NCBI GenBank assembly: GCA_963725665.1
Contig: CAVRZA010000004.1
Coordinates: 384,001 to 448,000 of the forward strand
DNA from: an uncultured Actinomycetes bacterium
GTDB lineage: Bacteria; Actinomycetota; Thermoleophilia; UBA2241
Direction of reading: 5' to 3'
Length of the DNA: 64,000 nt
The notes beneath the pieces are model-generated. The model searched no databases. It was not told where the DNA came from and saw only the letters and a program-made list of their open reading frames with translations. Position numbers and translations under genes: made by a program. Numbering within the stretch: position 1 is the stretch's first letter; each line of letters opens with the position of its first letter. Positions 42,057 through 52,505 of the stretch are shown one piece after another.

Positions 42057-44605
42057 TCCGCATCGCGCTGCGCAGCCTCTGGTCGCGCAAGCTGCGCACG
42101 GTGCTGACGCTGCTGGCCATCCTGCTCGGCGTGGCCATGATCAGCGGCACCTACGTGCTCACCGACCAGATCAACAAGGGCTTCGACGACATCTTCAAGA
42201 AGTCCGAGCAGGGGGTCGACGTCAACATCACGTATAAGTCGGCCTTCACCGGCGCCAACTACTTCGGACCCACCGGCACCCTGCCCGCGTCGCTGCTCAC
42301 CGTGGTGGAGACCACGCCGGGGGTCGCCCAAGCCGCGGGCCAGGTCGGCGCCTCGGGTGCCGTCGTCATCGACGGCAAGACGGTGACGACCGGGGGCGCG
42401 CCGACGCTCGTCTACTCGGCGACCCCTGATCGCTTCAGCGCGAGCACCTACGTGTCCGGCGGGCCGCCGTCTGAAGGCGGTCACGTCTCGATCAACACGA
42501 AACTGGCGCAGGACAAGAACCTGAAGGTCGGCGACCACATCGGGCTGACCACGGCGCACGGGGTCAAGGACGTCATCATCTCGGGCGTCTTCAACTTCGG
42601 GGACTCGACCTCCATCGGCGGCGCGACGCTGGTGCAAACGACGCTCGCCGACGCCCAGGGATGGTACGACATGGTCGGCCAGCTTTCGAGCATCGCCGTC
42701 GCCGCGCGCAGTGGTGTGACGCCCGAGCAGCTTGCCACGAGGCTGAAAGGCACGCTGCCCGCGTACACCGACGTGAAGACCGGCCAGCAGACTGCGGCCG
42801 AGGCGAGCAAGGCCGTAAGCGACGCGCTCGGCAGCGTCCTGACGCCCGCGCTCCTCGCCTTCGGGGGCGTGGCCATCATCGTCGGCGCCTTCATCATCTT
42901 CAACGCCTTTTCGATCACCGTCGCGCAGCGCACGCGTGAGTTCGCCATGCTCCGCTCCCTGGGGGCCTCTCGCCGGCAGGTCTTGCTGACAGTGCTCGGT
43001 GAGGCCCTCGTCATGGGCGTGGCTGCCTCTGTGGTCGGCCTCCTGGCCGGGCTTGGCGTGGCGAAGGGCATCAACGCGCTGTTCAAAGCAGTCGGAGCGG
43101 ACATACCGACCGCCGGCCTGACGCTCGAGCCGCGGACCATCGTCGTCGCCCTGGGCGTCGGCATCGGCGTCGCGGTCCTCGCCGCCATGGCCCCGGCTCT
43201 GCGGGCGACCCGCGTCCCCCCCGTCGCCGCTTTGCAGGAGGGGGCCTCGCTGCCGGAGTCGTTCATCAGCCGCCACAGCACGATCATCGCCGTGGTGTTC
43301 GTCGCGCTCGGCGTGCTGGCACTCACCAGGGGCCTGTTCGCCAGCGACCCGACCAGCCTGCGCCTGCTGTTCCTCGGCGGGGGTGTCATTCTCATCTTCA
43401 TCGCCGTCGCCGTGATGTCGAAGTACTTGGTGCGCCCGGTGGCCGGTGTGGTGGGATGGCCGCTCTCGAAGGTGGCGCGCACCAGCGGCGTCCTGGCGCG
43501 CGAGAACACCACGCGCAACCCCGCGCGCACGGCCGCCACCGCAGCGGCCCTCATGATCGGGCTCGCCGTGGTGGTGTTCGTGGCGGTGTTCGCCCAGGGC
43601 CTGAAGACCTCGTTCGTCGACGCGCTCGATCGATCGCTGCAGGCGTCTTTCGTGATCAGCGGGCAGAACGGCACCCCTATGCCGGCCAAGACCCTCGGCG
43701 CGGTGACGGCCGTGCCGAGCGTCCAGGACGCGGCCAGCCTGTCCTCCACCACCGTCCAGGTGAACAACGACGGCAGGGCGAGCATGGACGCCGTCGAGCC
43801 CGGGTCGTTCGCGCCGATGTGGCGCTTCAAGTGGCTCAGGGGAGGCTCCGACGCGCTGGTGGGGAAGCTCGGCGGCGACGCTGCCCTCGTCGAAGAGCAG
43901 TTCGCGCTCAGGTACAAGCTCAAGCCGGGCTCCTCGTTTACGGCAATGACCTCTACCGGCGAGAAGGCGACCCTCAAGGTCATCGGTGAGTATCGCGACC
44001 CCGTCCTGATGACGGGCTTCACGGTGGCGAAGACGACCTTTGACAGCTTGGCCCCGGAGACGCAGCGGGATCCGATCTTCATCATCGCCAAGACCTCCGG
44101 TGACACTGCGCAGGCGAAGGCGCAGCTCGAGACGGCGCTCAAGACGTTCCCCACGGCCGAGGTCCGGACGAAGTCCGAGTACAACGACTACGTCAAGAAG
44201 AGCGTGAACCAGATCCTTCTGCTTCTCTACGCGCTGCTCGCCGTGAGCGTCATCATCTCGCTCTTCGGGATCGTCAACACCCTGGTACTCTCCGTCTACG
44301 AGCGCACGCGCGAGATCGGCATGTTGCGCGCCATCGGCACGACGCGCAGGCAGATGCGCCGCATCGTGCGCTACGAGAGCGTGATCACCTCGATCATCGG
44401 CGGCGTGCTGGGGACCATCCTGGGCGTGATCTTCGCCTACGTGGTGTCGACCCGCCTTGCGGCGCAGGGCATCACCTTCTCGGTCCCCTGGCTGCAGCTC
44501 GTGGCGTTCCTCATCATCGCGGCCCTCGTGGGCGTGCTGGCCGCCGTGCTGCCGGCGCGGCGAGCCGCCAACCTCAACATCCTCGAGGCCATCCACTACG
44601 AGTGA
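42053..44605 (+). CDS. FtsX/MacB-type ABC permease with duplicated architecture
   Basis: QRTREFAMLRSLGA and ERTREIGMLRAIG repeats; PARRAA C-terminus. Confidence 0.93.
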   Translation: MIRIALRSLWSRKLRTVLTLLAILLGVAMISGTYVLTDQINKGFDDIFKKSEQGVDVNITYKSAFTGANYFGPTGTLPASLLTVVETTPGVAQAAGQVGASGAVVIDGKTVTTGGAPTLVYSATPDRFSASTYVSGGPPSEGGHVSINTKLAQDKNLKVGDHIGLTTAHGVKDVIISGVFNFGDSTSIGGATLVQTTLADAQGWYDMVGQLSSIAVAARSGVTPEQLATRLKGTLPAYTDVKTGQQTAAEASKAVSDALGSVLTPALLAFGGVAIIVGAFIIFNAFSITVAQRTREFAMLRSLGASRRQVLLTVLGEALVMGVAASVVGLLAGLGVAKGINALFKAVGADIPTAGLTLEPRTIVVALGVGIGVAVLAAMAPALRATRVPPVAALQEGASLPESFISRHSTIIAVVFVALGVLALTRGLFASDPTSLRLLFLGGGVILIFIAVAVMSKYLVRPVAGVVGWPLSKVARTSGVLARENTTRNPARTAATAAALMIGLAVVVFVAVFAQGLKTSFVDALDRSLQASFVISGQNGTPMPAKTLGAVTAVPSVQDAASLSSTTVQVNNDGRASMDAVEPGSFAPMWRFKWLRGGSDALVGKLGGDAALVEEQFALRYKLKPGSSFTAMTSTGEKATLKVIGEYRDPVLMTGFTVAKTTFDSLAPETQRDPIFIIAKTSGDTAQAKAQLETALKTFPTAEVRTKSEYNDYVKKSVNQILLLLYALLAVSVIISLFGIVNTLVLSVYERTREIGMLRAIGTTRRQMRRIVRYESVITSIIGGVLGTILGVIFAYVVSTRLAAQGITFSVPWLQLVAFLIIAALVGVLAAVLPARRAANLNILEAIHYE

Positions 44606-44637
44606 TCCCGCCGCGCCGGACGCGGGGGTGCGGCGGG

Positions 44638-44668
44638 CGGCGGGCTCGCGGTACGCGAGCCCGCCGCT
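44638..44668. terminator. Hairpin between the convergent permease and lepB
   Basis: GCGGCGGGCTCGCG-GTA-CGCGAGCCCGCCGC. Confidence 0.6.
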
Positions 44669-45298
44669 TCAGAGGACTCGGACGCGGCCGAGGGGCCAGT
44701 AGATGAAGAAGGCCCGGCCGATGATGTTGGCGCGCGGCACGGTGCCCCAGTAGCGGCTGTCGTTGCTCTCCGTGCGGTTGTCGCCCATGACGAAGTAGTG
44801 GCCCGGCGGCACGGTGTAGGGGGTGGCCAGTGACCAGGCCTCGACTCCGTCTCCCTCGAACGCGGGGAGGGTCTGCTCCGCGGCTCCCCGCACGCGTCTC
44901 ACGTAGCCCTCGGGCAGCGATCTGCCGTTCACGAAGAGCCGGCCGTTACGCAACGACAGGCGATCGCCGGGCAGGCCGACGACGCGCTTGATGAGCGGGG
45001 TCCCGTTCTCGTGCCCCGGCCAGCGGAAGACGATGATGTCGCCGCGGTGCACGGTGCGGTAGTGATAGACGAGGCGGTCGACGAGCACGCGCTGCCCGGG
45101 CATCAGGGTGTTGGCCATCGAGACCGACGGGATCAGGTAAGGCTTGACGATAAAGGCCTGGATGGCGAGGGCGAGCGTGACGGCGACGAGCGCCGTCAGC
45201 GCGTAGTCGAGCAGTGTGCGGCTGCGACTCTTCTCTCGCGCACTATCGCCCGCCCGCTTGTCGCTTTCGTGCTGTGGTGTGTCGAAATCGCCGGTCAT
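44669..45298 (-). CDS. lepB: Signal peptidase I
   Basis: IPSVSMANTL (Ser), IKRVVGLPGD (Lys) and GDNRTESNDSR. Confidence 0.95.
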   Translation of the reverse strand: MTGDFDTPQHESDKRAGDSAREKSRSRTLLDYALTALVAVTLALAIQAFIVKPYLIPSVSMANTLMPGQRVLVDRLVYHYRTVHRGDIIVFRWPGHENGTPLIKRVVGLPGDRLSLRNGRLFVNGRSLPEGYVRRVRGAAEQTLPAFEGDGVEAWSLATPYTVPPGHYFVMGDNRTESNDSRYWGTVPRANIIGRAFFIYWPLGRVRVL

Positions 45299-45571
45299 CG
45301 CAGGATGTACCTACGGTAGCAGACGTTCGAGAGCAGAGAAAGTTCGCCGGCGACGGGGGGCGGGGCGGGGAGGGTCGCCCCGCCCCCGTCGCCTCTCGGG
45401 GAGGCTCGCGGGCGGGGAGCGCCGGGGCAACGCTCCCCGCTCGCGAGCCTCCCGCGTCTTGTGCCCGTGCCACATGAAGGCAGGATGAAGGACGAGGGTG
45501 GCAGGCCTGCGAGCTGATGGAGGACCCAGCCGAGGTCGCGGGTGGCGGCCGGAGCGGGCGCTCCGGGGTGA

Positions 45572-46553
45572 CTACGTCGCCGGGACGCCCGCGGCCGACG
45601 CGAGCGGCAGCGAGAGGCGGATGGTCGTCCCCTCGCCCAGCGTGCTCGAGGCCGTCACGGAACCGCGATGGCGTTCCACCGTCCAGCGCGTGATGGCGAG
45701 GCCGAGGCCGCTGCCCCCGCCGCCCCGCGAGCGTGCTTCGTCGCCGCGGTAGAAGCGGTCGAAGATATGCGGCAGCGCGGCCGGCGCGATGCCTTCGCCT
45801 TCGTCGCGGATCTCGATCACCGCACGTCCATCGGCGACCAGAGCCGCGAGCGCGACCTCGTCGCCCGCGTGCGAGTGCTCGATGGCGTTGCGCACGACGT
45901 TGAGCAGAGCGCGTTCGAGGTGCGCGATGTCGCCGTCGACGGTGAGGGGGCCTGCGGCCCTCACCGTGAGCGCGACGTCGCGCTTCTGCGCGAGCGGCCG
46001 CAGCTTCTCGCCGCAACGCCGAGCGAGCACCGCGAGGTCGAGGGGGGTGAAGTGCAGCTCCTCCTGCCGGGCGTCGATGCGCGACACTGTGAGCAGGTCC
46101 TGCACGATGTCGCTCATGCGGTCGACCTCCTCGAGGCCGCTCTCGAGAGCGCGTCCGGCGTCGCTCTGCTGCGGCTCGTGACGCAGCGCGACCTCGAACT
46201 CGGTCTTCATGATGGCCAGCGGGGTGCGCAGCTCGTGCGAGGCGTCGGCGACGAAGCGCTTCTGGGCGGCGAAGTTCTCGCGGATGGGCCGCAGGGTGCG
46301 CCGCGCGTACCAGAAGCCGAGACCACCGATGGCGACCACGATGAGCGCCGTCGATGGCCAGGATCTGCCAGCGCAGCCGCGCGCTCGTGCGCGTGACGAG
46401 CTCCTCTTCGCCGGCCTGGGAGAGATGCCCGCGAGTCACGTCGTGCAGGGCGGTCGTGAAGACGGCGTACGTGGTGATGCCGGAGACGACCAGCAGCACG
46501 ATGACGATCGCCGCGAAGAGCAGGAACAGCCGCGTCGATGCGCGCGAGAACAT
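45572..46553 (-). CDS. Sensor histidine kinase with a frameshift near 46345 (probably a sequence error)
   Basis: TM1 (MFSRASTRLFLL) is in one frame; TM2 plus DASHELRTPL, NAIEH, DEGEGI and GSGLGL are in another. Confidence 0.85.
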
Positions 46554-46666
46554 GTCGCGGCCGCGGCGGGTGTCGTCGGCAGGGCGGGCCTGCCTTCGGC
46601 TGGGGCGAGTCGCGCTCCCGCTGTCGTCACGCGCCGCGGGTCGTTCCCCGCCCTCGATCCCGGGGC

Positions 46667-47350
46667 TCACGAGGGTGGCCGGCGTACGGCGTAGCCGATA
46701 CCGCGCACCGTCTCGATGAGGCTGGGCTCGCCCTCGCGGTCGATCTTGCGCCGCAGGTTGCGCACGTGCACGTCGACGACGTTGCTGAAGGAGTCGAAGC
46801 CCTCGTCCCACACGTGGTCGAGGATCGTGTCGCGGCTGAGCACCTGGTCGGGGTGACGCATGAGCAGCTCCAGGAGCGAGAACTCGCGCGTCGTGAGCTC
46901 GACCTCCCTGTCGCCACGGCGCACCTTGCGAGCGGCCGGATCGAGCGCCACGTCGCCGACGGCGAGCTCGGTCGGCAACGTCTGCGCGGGGCGACGCAAG
47001 AGGGTGCGGATGCGCGCCAGGAGCTCTTCGAACGCGAACGGTTTGACCAGATAGTCGTCGGCTCCGCTGTCGAGGCCGGTCACCTTGTCGCTGGTCGTGT
47101 CCTTGGCCGTCAGCAGGAGGATCGGCGTCGTCACGCCGCGGCCGCGCACCTCGCGGCAGAGGGTGAAGCCGTCGAGTCCGGGCAGCATGACGTCGAGCAC
47201 GACGAGGTCGTACGCCTCCTCGCGCGCGATGATGCGCCGACGCGCCGTCAGGCCGTCGAACACGACGTCGACGGCGTAGCCCTCCGCCTCGAGCCCCCGC
47301 TCGAGCGAGCGGGCGAGCTTCTCGGCATCCTCGACCACCAGTATCCTCAT
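46667..47350 (-). CDS. OmpR-family response regulator
   Basis: MRILVVED, LDVMLP, GADDYLVKPF and ETVRGIGY. Confidence 0.95.
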   Translation of the reverse strand: MRILVVEDAEKLARSLERGLEAEGYAVDVVFDGLTARRRIIAREEAYDLVVLDVMLPGLDGFTLCREVRGRGVTTPILLLTAKDTTSDKVTGLDSGADDYLVKPFAFEELLARIRTLLRRPAQTLPTELAVGDVALDPAARKVRRGDREVELTTREFSLLELLMRHPDQVLSRDTILDHVWDEGFDSFSNVVDVHVRNLRRKIDREGEPSLIETVRGIGYAVRRPPS

Positions 47351-47438
47351 AGTGCCCGTTATACCCCCGTTCGCGAAGCTGCGGCTGCGGGCGGGCGCGG
47401 CGAGCCCCTACGTGCGCCGGCCGCGCCCGCCCGCAGCC

Positions 47439-47657
47439 TTACGACGCTCCCGTCAGGTAGCGCTCGATCGCCGGTCCGACGCGGGTGGCCACGGTCTCGA
47501 CCGGCGCCGAGGCGAGGGGCTCGACGCGGGTCACGTAGCGCAGCAGCGCGAGCCCGACCAGCTGCGAGCCGACGAGCGTGGCGCGCAGCGGTCCGTCGGG
47601 CGTGTCGAGCAGACGCGCGGCTGGTTCGAGCGCCTCGCGTAGCGTGGCGGGCGCGGG
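47439..47657 (-). pseudogene. TetR C-terminal domain remnant
   Basis: Frame reads ...LRATLVGSQLVGLALLRYVTRVEPLASA...GPAIERYLT; in-frame TAG upstream at 47658-47660; no HTH and no usable start. Confidence 0.7.
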
Positions 47658-47722
47658 CTACCGTATGATGCGCGGGCCGGCGCCCGCGATCGAACGGCAG
47701 CCCGCGCCCGCCCGACCCGGAG

Positions 47723-48442
47723 GTGCCCGTACGCGTGGATGAACGTCTGCACACGGTCATGGACGAGCTGGCCACCATGGGCAGCCCCGAGAACCGCGCC
47801 GGCATGGCCCGCTACGGCATCAACGTCTCGCAAGCCTTCGGCGTCTCCGTCGTCGAGCTGCGCACCGTCGCCAAGCGGCTCGGCACCGACCACGAGCTCG
47901 CGCTGGGTCTCTGGGAGACCGGCAACCACGAGGCGCGCATCCTTGCCGCCATGGTCGACGACCCGGCGCAGGTGAGCGGCGAGCAGCTCGAGGCGTGGGT
48001 GTCGGCCTTCGACTCCTGGGACCTCTGCGACCAGGTGTGTTCGAACCTCTTCGACCGCACCTCCGCGGCGTACGCGAAGGCCGCCGAGTGGTCCGGCCGC
48101 GACGAGGAGTTCGTCAAGCGCGCCGGCTTCGCCCTCATGGCGACGCTGTCGGTGCACGACAAGGCGGCCGACGAGGCGGCTTTCCTCGCCTTCCTGCCGC
48201 TGGTCGAGCGCGAGGCCGGCGATGAACGCCCCTACGTGAAGAAGGCGGTCAATTGGGCCCTGCGCCAGATCGGTAAGCGCGACCGCGCCCTCAACCGGGC
48301 GGCCATCGCGACGGCCGAGCGCATCAGGGCCCAGGGCTCGCGCAGCGCGCGCTGGATCGCCGGCGACGCGCTGCGCGAGCTACTCTCCGACAAGGTCCAG
48401 CGGCGCCTTGTGAGCGGCCGCGGCCGACAGCCCCGCTTCTAG
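47723..48442 (+). CDS. DNA alkylation repair protein (AlkD-like)
   Basis: HEARILA, FDSWDLCD, EFVKRAGF and VKKAVNWALRQIGKR. Confidence 0.9.
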   Translation: MPVRVDERLHTVMDELATMGSPENRAGMARYGINVSQAFGVSVVELRTVAKRLGTDHELALGLWETGNHEARILAAMVDDPAQVSGEQLEAWVSAFDSWDLCDQVCSNLFDRTSAAYAKAAEWSGRDEEFVKRAGFALMATLSVHDKAADEAAFLAFLPLVEREAGDERPYVKKAVNWALRQIGKRDRALNRAAIATAERIRAQGSRSARWIAGDALRELLSDKVQRRLVSGRGRQPRF

Positions 48443-48585
48443 GGCCGCTCAGCGCGCCTTGGGGCCCATTGTGGACCCACCACCGGCGGCGTTAAGCTTG
48501 CCCTACGGCGACACGCCGTAGCGGCCGCTCGTGCGAGCGGTCTGGGCAGGGCGGCGGCGTCACGTGATGTCGCGGGGGGCGTGAG

Positions 48586-51186
48586 TTGGCCGTATCAGTT
48601 CCGAACACCACCTTTGGCGAACGCCGGTTCCCATGGCTCGTCCGTCGCGTCGCGTGGCTACGTGCCCATCGCCGTGCGGTGCTCGTGTCGGCCTTCTCCC
48701 TCGTGGCTGCGGTCTTCGTGCTCGATGTCGCGCTGCCTGGCTATCCCCTCGCCGGCTTCTATCTCGTGCCGCTGACTCTGGTCGCCTTCGTGTTCCGCGA
48801 GCGCTTCGCGGCCCTACTGGCCATGCTGTGCCTGGTCCTGACCGTGAGCGTCATGCTGGAACAGCAGCGGACCGGCGGGGTGGAGCTCATGCTCGTCTTG
48901 TTCGGCTGTCTCGCGGCCATCGGCCTCATCTCGTTCGCGCGTCTTCAGCATCAGGTCGAGCGCGTGTCTCGACGCGCGGTAGTGCGCGCGGAACTCGCCG
49001 AGGCGACTGCCGGCATCATCGAACTGTCCAACAGCCGCGCCGACCTCGACGAGGTGGTCCAGTACACGGTGGAGCGGGTCGGCGCACAGGTCGGCGCTGA
49101 CGCCGGCATCCTGCTGCTCCTGCGCGAGGGGGAGTGGGTGGGGATCGCCGGGTACGGCTGGGACGCCGGCGCCCGCGACACGCGGGCGCCGTACGAGGGC
49201 TTCGCACTCGGCATCGAGGCGCTCGAGAGCGACGAGCCGCTGCTCGTGGTGGACGCGGGCCGGGACGAGCGCATCCGCGGCGACGTCGTCGCCGGGCACC
49301 GTCCGGGCAGGCTGCTCGTCGTGCCGCTGCGTGCCTTCGGTCAGGACCTGGGCGTCATCGTCTTGGACCGCCCCGCGGGTGCCGAGCCCCTGACGTCGGA
49401 GCAGCTGCGCTTCGTCTCCGCGGTGGCCGGCCACGCCGCCGTCGCCATTGACAACGCTCGCTTGTTGAACGAGCTCGAGGCCAAACGTCACGGGCTCTCG
49501 CTCGTCGTCGAATCGAGCCTGAGCTTCGCGTCGAGCCTTGACCTCGGCGACGTGCTGCAGACCGTGGTCTTGCGTCTCGTCGAAGTGCTCCAGGTCGACG
49601 AGTGCAACATCTACGTGCTCGAGGATGCAGGCGAGACCATCCGCCGGGTCGCCTCCTACGGTTCCTCCACCCGGAACAGCATCGGGATGAAGTTCGTCCT
49701 GGCGGACTACAACGTGACCAGCGAGGTGGTGGCCAAGGGTCAGGTCATCGTCGCCGGCCTCTCCGACCCACGTGTGAACCCCAAGGAGCGCGGCCTGATG
49801 GTCGCCGACGGCCATCGCTCGCAGGTGACGGTGCCGCTGAAGGTGAGGGACAAGGTCATCGGCATCGTCGAGCTCTACGACAAGCGCGAGTCGCGCTTCT
49901 TCACGGAGGAGGACGCCGACCTCGCCTCTGCAATCGCCCAGTTCGCGGCCCTCGCCATCGACAACGCACGCCTGTTCGGCGCCGAGCACCGGACGACGCG
50001 CCGTCTGCAGCTACTCACCACGCAGCTGCGCGCCCTGGAGGAGGTCGCCTTAGCCGTGAACCAGCTCGTCGATCCGCAGGCGATACTGGACGAGGTGATC
50101 GCCAGAGGGTCGGAGCTGCTCGATGCTCCCCACGGCGCCGTCGTGAGCCGCGACGGGCAGGCGGTGAGGCTGCAGGCGTCCGTCGGCGAGCCGGTGGTCG
50201 GCGGCGCCCGCGAGGAACCCCTGCGTGAGGACCCGTGGCTTGCGCGGCTGCCCGTGTTGCTTGACGGAGCGCTCCCTGTGCGGCCGGCGCGCGCCTCGCT
50301 GCCCGCCGACGGTCGGCTGCTCGTCGTGCCGCTGGCCCCCGGGCGTCTTGGTCCCAGCGGCTCCTTGGTGTTCGCACGCGACGGGAGTCAGTCGGGTTTC
50401 AACACGGAGGATACGGCCCTGGCGACCACGCTGGGAGCTCACCTGAGCGCCGGCCTCGAGCGGGCGATCGCCTACCAGCGCGACCACGAGTTCGCGGGTA
50501 CCTTCCTCGACGCGCTTCTCGTCACGCCGCCGGTCATGCCGGGGCTCGACGCAGCCGTCAGGTGCAAGTGGGCCAGCGACCTGCACCACGGGGGCGACTT
50601 CTACGACTTCGTGAAGCTCCGGGAGGGCCAGCTGATGGTCGTCATCGGCGACCTCTGCGGCAAGGGCTATCACCAGCAGGCAGTCATCGCCAAACTGCGT
50701 TACATGTTGCGCGCCTACGCCGCCGAGGGGTCACCGGGGGAGAGCCTCTCGCGTCTCAACGCGGCGCTGCTCGCCCAGGAGGTGGAGACGCCGCTGACGA
50801 CCCTCGTCGTGGGGTTTCTCGACATCCCCACGCGCCTCTTCGAGTTCGCTGTGGCCGGCCATCCACGGCCGCTCATCCTTGGCGGGCGCGACGAGGTGCC
50901 GTGCAGCAAGTCGGGAAGCTATCCGGTCGGCATCTTCCCGACCGTGTACGAAACGAACCGGGTGATCCTGCCTTCAGAGGCCACGGTCGTCCTCTACACG
51001 GACGGGTTCACCGAGGCCCGCGGCGACAAGGGCTTCTTCGGTGAGCGACGGCTTCTCAACGCCGTGCGGTCGTCGCTCGACAAGCCGGCGAGGGTCATCA
51101 CCATGGACCTCATCGAGCGCGTGCGGCGTCACGCGCGGGGCGACCTGCACGACGACGTCGCGGTCCTCGTCCTCAAGCTGCGTTAG
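48586..51186 (+). CDS. Membrane multi-GAF SpoIIE/PP2C phosphatase (RsbU-like)
   Basis: N-terminal TM helices; two clear GAF domains (AIDNARL) plus a degenerate third; GGDFYD, IGDLCGKG, YTDGFTE and DDVAV. Confidence 0.9.
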   Translation: MAVSVPNTTFGERRFPWLVRRVAWLRAHRRAVLVSAFSLVAAVFVLDVALPGYPLAGFYLVPLTLVAFVFRERFAALLAMLCLVLTVSVMLEQQRTGGVELMLVLFGCLAAIGLISFARLQHQVERVSRRAVVRAELAEATAGIIELSNSRADLDEVVQYTVERVGAQVGADAGILLLLREGEWVGIAGYGWDAGARDTRAPYEGFALGIEALESDEPLLVVDAGRDERIRGDVVAGHRPGRLLVVPLRAFGQDLGVIVLDRPAGAEPLTSEQLRFVSAVAGHAAVAIDNARLLNELEAKRHGLSLVVESSLSFASSLDLGDVLQTVVLRLVEVLQVDECNIYVLEDAGETIRRVASYGSSTRNSIGMKFVLADYNVTSEVVAKGQVIVAGLSDPRVNPKERGLMVADGHRSQVTVPLKVRDKVIGIVELYDKRESRFFTEEDADLASAIAQFAALAIDNARLFGAEHRTTRRLQLLTTQLRALEEVALAVNQLVDPQAILDEVIARGSELLDAPHGAVVSRDGQAVRLQASVGEPVVGGAREEPLREDPWLARLPVLLDGALPVRPARASLPADGRLLVVPLAPGRLGPSGSLVFARDGSQSGFNTEDTALATTLGAHLSAGLERAIAYQRDHEFAGTFLDALLVTPPVMPGLDAAVRCKWASDLHHGGDFYDFVKLREGQLMVVIGDLCGKGYHQQAVIAKLRYMLRAYAAEGSPGESLSRLNAALLAQEVETPLTTLVVGFLDIPTRLFEFAVAGHPRPLILGGRDEVPCSKSGSYPVGIFPTVYETNRVILPSEATVVLYTDGFTEARGDKGFFGERRLLNAVRSSLDKPARVITMDLIERVRRHARGDLHDDVAVLVLKLR

Positions 51187-52411
51187 CTTCTTTGCCAGAC
51201 CCCGGCTCGGCGGCGGCACCGCGGTCACCCTGCTTCCGGTCAGGCTCTCGATCGCCTGGTCGGCCGGACTCATCTTCGGTCCGAAGACCGCTTCCGCGGT
51301 CATCGTTGTGGGAGTGTGAGAGCTCCACGTGACGCATGATCGCGGTGCGGTCGACGAAGCCGATCAGACGGTCGCCGTGCATGACCGCTACGCGGTCGAC
51401 GTGGTTCTCACCCATCAGCCGTACGGCCTCGGTGACCGGCGTATCCGGGCGCACGCGGACGATGTCCGTCCACGGCGTCATGACCTCACGGACACGGTCG
51501 TCGCCCCACGCCGCGCGTCTGCTGCGCTGCAGGTCGTCGAGGCAGACGACGCCGGCGACGCTCTCCAAGCCGTCCTGCACGGGAAAGCAGCGGCCGCCTC
51601 TCCAGAAGTAGCGCTCGACGGCGGCCTCGAGGGTGATCTCGGGCGGGATGCTCGCGCCGGGCGCCGACATGATGCGCCCGGCGCTCACGCCCTCCAGGGC
51701 GCGTGACTGCACCGACTGCGCGTAGCTCGCCTGCGAGGCCTGTGTGAGCACCCAGCCGATGAAGCCGGTCCACAGGCCGGCCGCGGGGCTCGAGAAGAAC
51801 ATCACGATCCCGCCGGCGATGAGGACGTAGCCGAAGACGTGTCCCGTGCGCGCCGCCCAGCGGGTCGCCTTGACGAAGTCGTGCATGCGCGCCCACAGGA
51901 GCGCGCGCAGCACGCGCCCACCGTCGAGCGGAAACCCCGGCAGCAGATTGAAGACGGCCAGGAGGAGGTTCATCCACCCCAGGTAGACGACGACTGCCGC
52001 GACGGCTTCGGGCAGCGTCGCGAGCGCCGCCGCCGCGAGGCAGACGCCGGCGATGGCGAGGCTCGAGAGCGGGCCGATCGCGGCCATGAACGCCTCGCGG
52101 CCCGGCGACCTCGGCTCCTCCTCGAGGGCGGAGACGCCGCCGAGCAGGAAGAGGGTGATGTGCCTCACGCGGATCCCCTGCGACTGCGCGACGACCGAGT
52201 GGGCCAGCTCGTGCACGACCACCGAGGCGAAGAGGAGCAGCGCCGCGACGACGCTCACAACGTAGGTAGTGGGGGTGCTCCACCAGGGGTAGAGGGCGGG
52301 GAAGACGCTGACGGCCAGCGAGACCGCGACGACGAACAGGATGACGAACCAGCTCACGTGCACGTACACGTCGATGCCGAAGAGACGGGCGATGCGGAGA
52401 CTCGTCTTCAT
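51173..52411 (-). CDS. Site-2 (M50) metalloprotease with CBS pair
   Basis: HELAH, FNLLPGFPLDGGR and C-terminal CBS repeats. Confidence 0.93.
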   Translation of the reverse strand: MKTSLRIARLFGIDVYVHVSWFVILFVVAVSLAVSVFPALYPWWSTPTTYVVSVVAALLLFASVVVHELAHSVVAQSQGIRVRHITLFLLGGVSALEEEPRSPGREAFMAAIGPLSSLAIAGVCLAAAALATLPEAVAAVVVYLGWMNLLLAVFNLLPGFPLDGGRVLRALLWARMHDFVKATRWAARTGHVFGYVLIAGGIVMFFSSPAAGLWTGFIGWVLTQASQASYAQSVQSRALEGVSAGRIMSAPGASIPPEITLEAAVERYFWRGGRCFPVQDGLESVAGVVCLDDLQRSRRAAWGDDRVREVMTPWTDIVRVRPDTPVTEAVRLMGENHVDRVAVMHGDRLIGFVDRTAIMRHVELSHSHNDDRGSGLRTEDESGRPGDREPDRKQGDRGAAAEPGSGKEANAA

Positions 52412-52505
52412 CCTGTCGCTCCCGTGAAGCGCCCGGACCGGCGACACCGGTCGTGAAAGCACCACTACTCTTCCCGTGGCCGACCTGGCGGTAACGAGCC
52501 GCGGG

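Noticed and set aside
40940-47700. Genomic island integrated at tmRNA
   Set aside because: No integrase, no duplicated tmRNA 3' end was seen, and downstream genes have host-like composition.
47640-47722. PafBC-type promoter upstream of the alkD-like gene
   Set aside because: A TATGAT -10 is present, but there is no TGTCGG at the required spacing.
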